Below are positions 1-10,500 of a stretch of DNA of 64,000 nucleotides, piece after piece. The stretch is from Macrostomum lignano (taxonomy: Eukaryota), in NCBI GenBank assembly GCA_002269645.1, contig NIVC01000578.1, forward strand, positions 200,549-264,548, given 5' to 3'. The notes under the pieces were generated by a model, which was given only the letters and a program-made list of their open reading frames with translations, was not told where the DNA came from and searched no databases. The translations under genes were made by a program, and so were the position numbers. Every line of letters starts with the position of its first letter. Within the stretch, counting starts at the first letter, position 1.

Positions 1-1031
1 GGGGGGGGCCCCCCCTTAGGCGGAGACCCAGAAAAAATTGAAGGGGGGACCAAGCGAATTTTCGCCAAAAACAGAGCCTCCCCTCCGCCCCCTCCCTCAC
101 GGGACTTTACCTTCCAGAATCCGCCCCCCCCTCAAAAAATTTCTGGTTGCCCTACTGCTTGCTCCCTTCCTCTGACATCTCTCCTTTCGCCTCTCTCCTC
201 TCTCCCTTTATCTCCCTTCTTTCTCTCATCTCGCCTCTCTCCTCTCTTCCCTCCTCTCACATCTCACATCTCTCCCCTCTCCCCTCCACTCTCCTCCTTC
301 TGGCCCGCAGTCTTGAGCTAGATTCTCTATCTGGCACTTAAAGTAAAATAGTTAGCCAATCCCTCGCAAGGAATTTCGATCATTACAATGAGCAAAAGTT
401 GACATTAACAAAATTTTGGCGGGCGCGTTGTGCCAAGCCTGAACAGCTTCTCTAGACAGCACTCTGTGCTCTCCAGAATTACTTGAACTGTTAGCAGTGG
501 CGCAAGCAGAATTTCTTATGTGGGGGGGGGGCGGATTCTGAAGGGTAAAGACCCAAGGGGGGCGGAGGGGTGGCTCTGTATTTTGGCAAAAATGCGCTTG
601 GTCCCCCTTTAATACAGCTTGGCAAACCTGATTGATTTTCCGGGATTTCCCCTGTCCTAGTTGTATTTCTCTAAAATTCTGGAAGATAAATCGAGATTCT
701 AGATAATAGCTGCATCTAAGATTAGTTTGTTTTGCTATCGCATTGTACCGTACAATTAATTATTGAAAATTTTAAACCTTTGCTGGCATACGCATATGTT
801 ATCTTTGACCTTACCTGTTGTTTAATAGGTAAATTATTACTGTATGGAGGTACATGTAGATATAGGCATTTTGACTGTCAACTGTCCACCCCATACAAGC
901 ATACGGCTTTCAAATAATTATGCAACCTTGTGCAAGGGTATGCCGCCTACTTACATGTAAAACTTTGAAATGAGTATTTATTTACGCCACTATCCAAGGG
1001 GGGGGCGCGGCCGCGGGAGACCGACAGCGGA

Positions 1032-1731
1032 GACCGCCACAATTTGCCCGCCAGACAATTTGCCCGCCAGACAATTTGCCCGCCAGACAATTTGCCCGCC
1101 AGACAATTTGCCCGCCAGACAATTTGCCCGCCAGACAATTTGCCCGCCAGACAATTTGCCCGCCAGACAATTTGCCCGCCAGACAATTTGCCCGCCAGAC
1201 AATTTGCCCGCCAGACAATTTGCCCGCCAGACAATTTGCCCGCCAGACAATTTGCCCGCCAGACAATTTGCCCGCCAGACAATTTGCCCGCCAGACAATT
1301 TGCCCGCCAGACAATTTGCCCGCCAGACAATTTGCCCGCCAGACAATTTGCCCGCCAGACAATTTGCCCGCCAGACAATTTGCCCGCCAGACAATTTGCC
1401 CGCCAGACAATTTGCCCGCCAGACAATTTGCCCGCCAGACAATTTGCCCGCCAGACAATTTGCCCGCCAGACAATTTGCCCGCCAGACAATTTGCCCGCC
1501 AGACAATTTGCCCGCCAGACAATTTGCCCGCCAGACAATTTGCCCGCCAGACAATTTGCCCGCCAGACAATTTGCCCGCCAGACAATTTGCCCGCCAGAC
1601 AATTTGCCCGCCAGACAATTTGCCCGCCAGACAATTTGCCCGCCAGACAATTTGCCCGCCAGACAATTTGCCCGCCAGACAATTTGCCCCTATTTCACCT
1701 TGAATAGAACGGCGATCAAATTGTGGCGGTC
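1032..1731. mobile_element. MITE-like shell with 15-bp terminal inverted repeats enclosing a 16-bp tandem array
   Basis: GACCGCCACAATTTG at 1032-1046 and its reverse complement CAAATTGTGGCGGTC at 1717-1731. No clear TSD. Confidence 0.55.
1040..1688. repeat. Homogeneous 16-bp tandem repeat (CAATTTGCCCGCCAGA)n, ~40 copies
   Basis: Read directly from the sequence. The six overlapping ORFs here are repeat artefacts. Confidence 0.98.
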
Positions 1732-2430
1732 AAATGTACTCGTAGATGTAGTAGACCCGGCGGCCGCCCCCTTTGCCATGGCTGGACTTGCATATAAGGG
1801 GGGTAAATTTTGAGCTTACTTTGGCTTTTTAGACCAAAACAAAAATTTGGGAAAATCTGCCCCCACTACTTTAAAAATCCTGAATTGACCACCAAATCGG
1901 ACTCATCTAAATGAAAACTTAAGAATACAAGCAACATTGTACATGCGCTAGTGCTTAAGTAGTGGAGTATTAAAAAATATATTTTTTGTTGCGTTGATTT
2001 CGAAGATCAAAAGGTATTACTTATAAGTAGGTAGGCTAAAACGCACACTTTTGCGTTCACATCCAATTTCTGAAGTGTATGAAACTCAGAAAAATTTGCA
2101 CGAGTCGCCTATACCCCACTTTGGAGCTTGCAGCAATTTTTCAAAGAGATGGCTGCTCAAAGGGTTAAAAGTTCAAGTTAGCTGTAGTATGAGGATTGGT
2201 CAATGCAAATAAATAATGAGCTCATTATACAAGAAAATAATTAATAAGGATATCAATAGTTCGCCCCACTGTCCACTGCACGTACTGAAAGGCGTACTGT
2301 CAGGTTCGAGCACAAAAACACCCGAAACTAAAAAAATCAACTTTAAAAATTCTGCTCTTTACATAATTTCCTCACAAAAATATTTCATACGTACAAAGAA
2401 GAAAACCTACAAACTTTTATCTTGCGGGAT

Positions 2431-2480
2431 GGGGCGTACCCTTGAGGGCCGCCGGGGCGCCGGCCTAGAGGGTACGCCCC
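2431..2480. other. GC-rich stem-loop
   Basis: GGGGCGTACCCT (2431-2442) pairs perfectly with AGGGTACGCCCC (2469-2480). Inner stem GGCCG/CGGCC (2447-2451/2461-2465). Flanks are AT-rich. Confidence 0.8.
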
Positions 2481-2510
2481 AATTTTTCTAACCACTGGGT
2501 ATAGCTATAC

Positions 2511-3345
2511 AAAGTCGAATTAGCAGACATCGAATTAAAAGAGTTAATGTCGAAACTACCATGACTTTTAAAAAATTAGAAAAAAGACTTTTTCTTTCTA
2601 ATGGATTTCGACATTACACAGGATCTTACTGGTGTCTTTAACAAATACGAAGCAATAGAGACGCTAATTTCTATCCTCTCGAACGAACACAAAATTATAG
2701 ACAACGATAATAGTGTTGGTAAAGATGTCTTACATGGTGTTATGTCAACTGTCGAATTAAAATTTACAAAAAATTCGTCTGCCAACTAACGTCGGGTGGT
2801 GTAACAAAGACTCTTGGGAATAACATTTACACTTTGGTTTATTGTCCAGATAAACGACTAAGACAAACATTTATAAATCCTCTTGCAAAAAATAATGGAA
2901 TTACGCGATTAGAAGCCACAATATACAACTATAATTTTATGGACAGCGATACCGTTTACAATCCATTAGAAGATGCGGAGCAGCTATTATTAAAACAGAA
3001 AGAATACCTAAATTATATAAGATTCTATTCGGAACCATTTACCACAATGTGGAGCAAAATAGCTAACGAGATTATAAATTCGTGCATTGTTATATCGCAA
3101 GACTTTTGCAGATTGCATATTATGGAAATTCGCTAACAAAAAAGATAATTGGAGCACAGATTAATATTGCAAACAGAACAGAAGACGAAAAAGAGAGATT
3201 ATTAAATTATGCAATAGCAGCCTTTGGATTTAATATGCTACCAATTAATGTTATTCGCATCGAGCCAAATTCGACAAATAAATCTCTTTTTAATTGTACA
3301 CACAGAACATTCTTAAAAGATGGAAAAAAGATGGTTTTTTGGTTT
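2511..3345 (+). pseudogene. Decayed AT-rich ORF, possibly a Rep_trans-like (non-HUH) initiator/nickase of mobile or viral origin
   Basis: ORFs 2601, 2834 and 3082 join through two 1-nt frameshifts (~2727, ~3110) into MDFDITQD...DNDNSVGKD/CLTWCYVNCRIKIYKKFVCQLTSGGV...NGITRLEATIYNY...QIAYYGNSLTKKIIGAQIN. Stops lie upstream of 2601. The function is inferred from motif order. Confidence 0.5.
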
Positions 3346-3621
3346 TTTCGGTTTTTTGGCGGCCTAAGGCCTCTGACCGGCACCCGGTTCTGTCGCCTGT
3401 TTTGCCTCGCCGTCCACCGTGCCGGGCTGGCAGACCGGTCTCTGTCTCCTCACAGCCTTCGACGCGGCGGCGCCTTGCTGGCGTTCCGCGCCGGTGTGCC
3501 GCTGCCGGTCGTCAAGGCCCTGGGCGACTGGCGGAGCTCGGCGGTTGAGGTGTACCTGGGACTGGAGAAGGGCTTCGATCTCCAGCTGGCGGCTGCTCGC
3601 AAACTGTCTCAATGCCTGTAG
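3346..3621 (+). mobile_element. Tyrosine recombinase C-terminal fragment (DIRS/Ngaro- or Crypton-like)
   Basis: SPHSLRRGGA (HxxR), LGDWRS (W) and EVYL (catalytic Y) are the typical C-terminal motifs of eukaryotic YR elements. GC content rises abruptly at ~3350. A T-rich region with short repeats follows to ~4040. Confidence 0.85.
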
Positions 3622-4764
3622 TTTTCCTTTTTAGCTTAATCCTGGAAGCAGCTAGTTTATTGTCTGCTCTCCTCTTTGCTGGCGTGAACTCAAATGCACA
3701 GATTTTTGTTTTTTCTCAACTCGTGCGTCCCCTGTTTTCTTCCTTTTATCTTTTTTCGCTTGCTTGCAATGATGACTGCTGTTTTATTGACCGAGTACTG
3801 TTTTTATGGCTTTCTATTTTACTCTTTCTACGATTTTACTCTTTCTACGATTTTACTCTTTATACGATTTGCAAGCGTATCCGAACCACCCTGCGCGCCC
3901 CCTCGTCTTCATTATCCTTTCTCATCTTTCTTTCGGATTTTGGACCGTCGTGTCTATTCGCACTGTCACGCTACTCGTTTTCGCAAACGCTCGAGTCCGC
4001 CTTCCTTTCCTTGGGGTGTGGTGCTTAAACAAATTTAAAGGGCAGATAAATTACGGATAATTTTACTGATATTGACTACGCTGCTTAAATATAGTAAACA
4101 AATTAATAATCATTAATAAATGCCTGAAATTAGAATGTTAATGAGTTAAGAGAAATATCTGAAAAGATCGCGATATTTGGATTTGCGATTTATAGAATGT
4201 TCGATCAATACAGTAACAGGAAATTTCTGCAATGAATGAAGGTCACTACACCTTGCTTGTTCTCTCCTATCCCAGGTCCAATTTTTTTTCGCTTTTTTGC
4301 CAAATCCAGCTTCCTGGTGTCACTGTGAGCAGAATGACGTATCATTTGTGTACATAGGTTACTCGGGCTCCACTTTATGAGCTTAAGTTGACAGGCCCTT
4401 TCAGCCGGCTGAACTTTCTAATTTTCACTTGTTTCACTTGTTCAATTAAGCGTGGGAAGCACAATGAACTCCTGCTGAACTGGTCTTGCTGTCCTGGGCT
4501 GATCGGCTGATTGTAGTGCGTACTGCTGAGATCGTTGATGATTCTGCTGCTGATGGTGCGAGCCGAGCTACGTTGGGTGTCTTAGACAAAGGTTAGCGTC
4601 CGCAACGTTGGGGCCTGCTTCATAACTTTGGTCCCCTCGCTCCAGGCTCACATTAGGTCCTCTCGTTACCGTCCAGCTTCGGCCAGTTGACTCGACCAGG
4701 TGACACGACCAGGTGCCCTAGCCTATCCCCGTTACTCAACTTATGAGCATTTTCTTCTGGCTCA

Positions 4765-6598
4765 TAGTTGGCGCCTTCGACAACGTTATCTTTGAAGCGT
4801 TTCAGAGGGCCTTTCAAAACCGCAAAGCTTACGCTACCCTCATACGGTGGATCATGTACATGATCTCTAACCTTACGGTCCCGCCAGAGAAACTGCCTCC
4901 ACCAGAGTCTGTAAGGGTGGACCCCAAGGCGGAGTCCTCACCCCGACGCTCTGGAACCTGGTCATGGACGCTCTTCTGAGTGACTCCCGACCTGATCCCG
5001 TCTTCAAAGTCGGGTATGCTGACGACGTCACTGCCATTGTGGCAGGGCCGTCCCCCAGCACGCTCAGGGATCTGATGCAGAGCTTTATCCGCAAAGCAGA
5101 ATCCTGGGCCAATGACAACGGTCTGGAACTCTCTGAGCCCAAAACTGTTGCCATTATGTTCACCAGCAGAATACACTGGAACATACGACCTCTGCAGTTA
5201 CGGCAGATAAATTGCCTTCGCGCACCAAACCAGATGTCTCGGGGTCATTACTTGACCACCGGCTCAACTGGTCCTTCCACGTGAAAGCAAAAGCCAAGCG
5301 TGCCTCAGCCCAACTCAGCCCATCCTGGCCCAACTCCGACGAGCACTTGGCACGTCTTGGGGTCTATCCCCAAAGCGGCTTTGGTGGATCTACACTTCCG
5401 TAGTTAGACCTGCCATTACGTACGCCTCTGTTGTCTGGGTTAGCGCTACTCAGGTCAAAAGCCACGCAGATTTGCTCAACACGATCCAGGGCAGAGCGTG
5501 TAGGTTTATCTGCAACGCCACCAGGTCCACGCCCTCTGCCGGCATGGGGGCCTTCCTTAATCTACCGCCTCTCGACCTCTTCGTCAGGGGTGAGGCGGCT
5601 AGAACGACGCGGCGTTTACTCGATGCCGGTGTCAAATTCCTTTACATGAGGGCACCTGCTAAGCGGAACCTCGTCCCGCATAGCGACCTGTGCCTCAACA
5701 TTCTTAACGAGTGTCAGGCCAATCGCGTCTTCACCGATGGCATTGCCTCAACGCTCAACCTGAGACAGCGCTACTCCGTAGCTATCGACTCGCGCGATAC
5801 CATCAATGACCACTGGAACCTTGGTGAGCTTCATTGCTACACCGACGGTTCTAAGCAGTCAGCCAACACCGGTTTTGGTGTTTGAATCTTCCTGAACGGG
5901 AGGGTCATCGCAACCCACGCTCGGTACACTGTGGTCAACTCCAGTGTCTTCCAAAATGAAGTTCTTGCCATCAGCTCCTGCATGCAGTGCAGGATGCAGT
6001 GGCGAGGAGCTGCAGGAGCTCCTCGCCACTGGCGTAACCGGAAAGAACATCATTTTCCATTCGGACAGCCAAGCTGCCTAGCACGCCATCAGTGGCTGCA
6101 GCACGAACTCTGCTACAGTCCTCGACTGTATCAAACTCCTCAACATTTTGGGCTCCACCAACAAAATCATGGTGGGTTCCGGGGCATGTGGGAATCCGAG
6201 GAAATGAGTTAGCTGACGCCGTTGCAAATATTGGCGCCTCCGGCTCCTCTCTCGGTCCCGAACCCCTTGTCCCGATTCCTGGCTGTGTCATCGACTAGCG
6301 CATCAAAGCGTGGATCAGGACCCAGCACCGCTCGACTTGGGTTAACTGCACTACCTGCAGGCAATCCAGAGGCGCTGTCCCTCAGCCCTCTCACCAGCTC
6401 CGGAAGCTCCTCTTGCGCCTCTCGCGCAGAGACATCCGGGCTGCCACCATGACCCTCTCAGGTCACGGCTGCTTCTCTAGGCACCAGTACCTGCAGGGCA
6501 ACGCCACCAACGCCATCTGCAGTTTCTGTAACTCGGGTGACGAAACCGCTGAGCATTTCGTCAGCATCTGTCCTGTCTTTACGCAAGCCAGACTCACT
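4765..6598 (+). mobile_element. 5'-truncated, degenerate non-LTR retrotransposon with RT + RNase H + C-terminal CCHC (R1/LOA/Tad/I-like), 5' part
   Basis: GAFDN, GGPQGGVLTPTLWNLVMD, YADD (ORF 4964), RNase H YTDGSK and WVPGHVGIRGNELAD, and CSFC...EHFVSIC. Several frameshifts and stops. Interrupted at 6598 by the LTR element. Confidence 0.9.
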
Positions 6599-6957
6599 TG
6601 TCGCGAAATTTCAGCTTGCGCTAATAGAATTCACTTGCTCCCTTTTCATTTTCTTCCATTCCCTGTGTGCCTAGTCCATCTTCTATCTACCGCGCTCTAC
6701 GTACTGTACATTCTTATCTTGTTTTCCGATTATCGATCGGTGAGTTTTCAGTCAGCCCCCCCCCCCTCGGTCTCGTTAGAGCATTTTAGCCCTCGCCCTT
6801 CTTACCCATTTTCTTCTTATCTATTCTCTACCCCCCTCTCTCAACCACGCAAATAAATATACTGCTGGAGGAGCCTTTTCATCCTAACTTTGGTTTTCAA
6901 GTTGTTATTGTCAACGTATTCACTGGCCAGTGTTATTTCTTCAGTTATTTTTCTACA
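6599..6957 (+). repeat. 5' LTR (359 bp)
   Basis: Identical by eye to the 3' LTR except a C11 versus C9 run. Contains AATAAA. Confidence 0.97.
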
Positions 6958-7564
6958 TGGCGCCCGACTGAATTGAACCCGTTCACTACACTGCTTCTGC
7001 TTGTGACCCTTCGTTCGGCTCGTTTACTCTATCGTCTCGCATCGTATCGATTTTGTTACCTCTGCGTTCGTCTGCTCGTCTTCGTCGAATCTGCCTTCGT
7101 TACCTCTGCGTTCGTCTGCTCGTCTTCGTCGAATCTGCCTTCGTTACCTCTGCGTTCGTCTGCTCGTCTTCGTCGTCGTCTTTGCTTCTCATCGTGCTCA
7201 AGGCTTCAGACTCTGTGCTCACTCCGGATTCAGGACTCAGGACGGACGAACTGGACAGCTGCCTGGAGAAGTCGACTCGTCTGCCAGCTAAGTTTTCATT
7301 TGGACTGTTTTCAGTTAGCTGTCTGACTTTCCACTCATTTATACTCCTTTCTATTCCTTGCGTGTTGTTTGTTTCACTGCTTTTGCTATCAGTCACGTAG
7401 TCGTAGATTTTCACTTTGCAATTTTATTCACATTTTCCTAATTCAGTAAAATTTTCGCTTGATTTGGGTGTGCACTGAGGTTACTTGTGGGTCCTATTGC
7501 GCTCCTCTCTGAACTCTCTCACTGCTAGCTGCTTGGTTGCTGCTCGTTGCTGCTCGAGGTCGTT

Positions 7565-10500
7565 ATGTCTGCGGAGGTCAAGAAGAGAGCTCTGATTAGA
7601 GCAGCTGTCACTCGGACTATCGCGAAGGCAGACAAGCTCTTGTCGCTTAGTTGGTGGAATGCCGAAGCCGTTGCTGATGCTGAGGCGTGCTTAGAGGTTC
7701 TCAAGGAGAAGCTGGAGGCGTTAAAAGGTGCAGATGAGGTGATTCAGGAAGATCTCTCTGAAGATAAGATGGAATCTGAGTTGGCTGAGAGCTATGACTA
7801 CTCGTTTCGCTGCCGCAAGTTCATTAAATTGCTGGAAAATTCCCAAAGTTCAAACGTGGCGCATCAACAGCCTTCAGGCTCCGCTCAACCTCAGGTGAAG
7901 CTACCTAGGTGTCAGCTACCGACCTTTGATGGGACAGTTACGGGTTGGCAGACCTTTTGGGATCAGTTTTCGTCATCTGTGGACTCAAATTCATCGCTCG
8001 CTGATATCGACAAATTCAATTACTTGCTCGCTTCTCTCTCTGACTCCGCCAAGGCTGGCATTCGGGGTCTGGCAGTGACTGGTGCGAATTACGCGGCTGC
8101 GATCACAATTCTGCGAGATCGGTTTGGCAAGCCAGATTTGATAGTCAGAGACCTCATGCATCAGCTGTCAGAGCTTAGGCTAAGTGACACCTCGCTTTCA
8201 AGCCTTCAGCGTTTTCATGACGATGTGTCTGCTGCCGTGCGCAGCCTTGAAGCTCAGAATGTGCAAGCTGCCTCGTATGAGACATTGTTGCTGCCAAACC
8301 TACTCAAGCGGTGCCCAGATGAATTTAGGTTGGACATGCTCAAGTCAGCCGCTTATTCAGGATCACAGTGCGATTCAGTTAAGGACTTTTTACACCTCTT
8401 AAGCCGGGAAATTGAGGTTCGTGAGAAGGCTGTTTTGATTGGCAAGAAGACTGGACACGATCGCGAGCGGTCTGGAGGCTCGCCGAAGCCTTCACTTTCA
8501 ACTCTGACAGTTCAATCTAGCTCGAATAGCACACCAAAGGAACATGGCAAAATCTTCTGCACTTACTGCAAGGCTGGACACAAGTCTGAAGATTGTCTTC
8601 AATTTGCAACAGCGGATAGACGTCGCGAGTTTTTGCACCAGGAAAAACGTTGCTTTCGGTGCTTGCGCACAGGTCATGGTGCTCGCACGTGCAATGATCC
8701 GCGGCAGTGCAGATTCTGTGACGGCGCACATCACGTGAGCATTTGCAACAAGGTTCCAGCAAAAACTGTCATCACTAGGCCTGCCGGTCTAGCTAAGTCT
8801 AATAAACCTGCCGGAAAGCAACTTGGAAGACAGGCAAGGTCAAATAATCAGTGCTTACCTACGACTGCAGTTTCCGCTGAGTCCTCGCCACTCGATCATT
8901 CGGCTCAAGCTCCGTCTGATAATTCGAACGCGCGGGCCGATGCTGGCAGCTCAGTCACCGTCTGTGCTACTCATGAAGAGCCGGCACCGGTCGCTTCACC
9001 GAATCACGTCTCTGATCATTTTTCTTCGACCATGTTCCTTAGCAGCAATCCTTCAGTGGCCCTTCCTGTTGCCAAAGCTATACTGTTGAGTGCTGATGGT
9101 CAGCGAGAGCTCCTGATTAGGGTGTTGCTCGATACAGCTAGCAACAGATCCTACATCAGAAAGGATGTATGCGATCTCTTAGGCATCACGGCAACCAGGA
9201 GTGAGCCATTGACTGTGTCGACATTCACTGGTCTCAATACAACAATCGAATCCGGTACTGTCACTTTCTCAATCAGGAAAATAGATTCGCGTCAAGTTTT
9301 GAACATCCGTGCTAATATGGTCAATGATATCTGTCAGCCTCAGCGCTCAGTCTTAGTGAACCAGTTTCCGCATCTGCGCAATTTAGACTTAGCAGCTCCG
9401 CATGACTCACGCGATGAGAGCACGCCAATTTCTGTTCTGATCGGGGCCGATCAATATTATGATATCGTCGGCGGAGAAGTGGTTCGTGGATCATCTGGAC
9501 CGTCAGCTGTGTCGTCAAAGTTGGGTTTCGTCCTTTGCGGGCCAGTCAAGTTGACTGAGGACTCCGGCAGTCCCGCGAACAATTCAGCAGCTGACGGGCC
9601 AAGTGAAGCTTCTCAAGTTCTCTGCTGTACAGTTGCAGACCCACTGACTGTCACTTCTGACTGTGACTTGTCCCGATTCTGGCGCTTAGAAGCTATTGGT
9701 ATCTCAGAAGTTCAGTGTCAGTCCTCGATCGATGAATTCGTTTGCGACCCGCAGCTAATCAACGGACGCTACGAAGTCAAGCTTCCTTGGAAGCATCCAG
9801 ATAGCTCACTCGTGCTACGCAATCATTTTGATCTCGCATACAAGCGTCTGGACACGACTATGCGCGCTCTCTCGCGCCAACCGGATACGTTCGAGAAAGC
9901 ATTTGCGATCATCCGTGAGCAGGAAGCTACAGGTGTCATTGAGAAAGTGCCGGATGCCGACCTACAGCAAGATACTAACTGTCATTATCTTCCTCATAGC
10001 TGTGTTGTGAAAGCTGACAGTGAGCACACAAAACTGCGTATTGTCTTTGACGGTTCTGCACGAACTTTCAGGGAAGATTATTCAATCAACGATCATCTAC
10101 AAGTCGGTCCGACGGATTTTCCTCGCATTCCCGAGATTCTCCTGCGCTTTCGTCGTAACCCTATTGCTATTCTTGGTGACATTGAGAAAGCATTTCTCCA
10201 AATTTCTGTTCACGCTGGCGATCGCGATATGCTGCGTTTTTTGTGGCCCGATTTGTCGGACGAAAGACAAATATGTCATTATCGATTTTGCCGTCTACCA
10301 TTCGGTTTGACTTGTTCGCCAGGTGTGCTCCGAGCTACCATCCTGCGCCATCTGGACACGTTTGAGTCTGCTTTTCCGGAATGTGTCGGTATCGTTCGGA
10401 AAGACCTTTACGTCGATAATCTCGTAACCAGTTGTAGTTCGGACACAGAAGCTCTAGCTCTGTACCATGACGCTAAAAAATTGTTCGATCTGGCTGGTAT

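Noticed and set aside
947-1813. Six long ORFs of 219-245 aa
   Set aside because: They are translations of a stop-free 16-bp tandem repeat, open in all frames.
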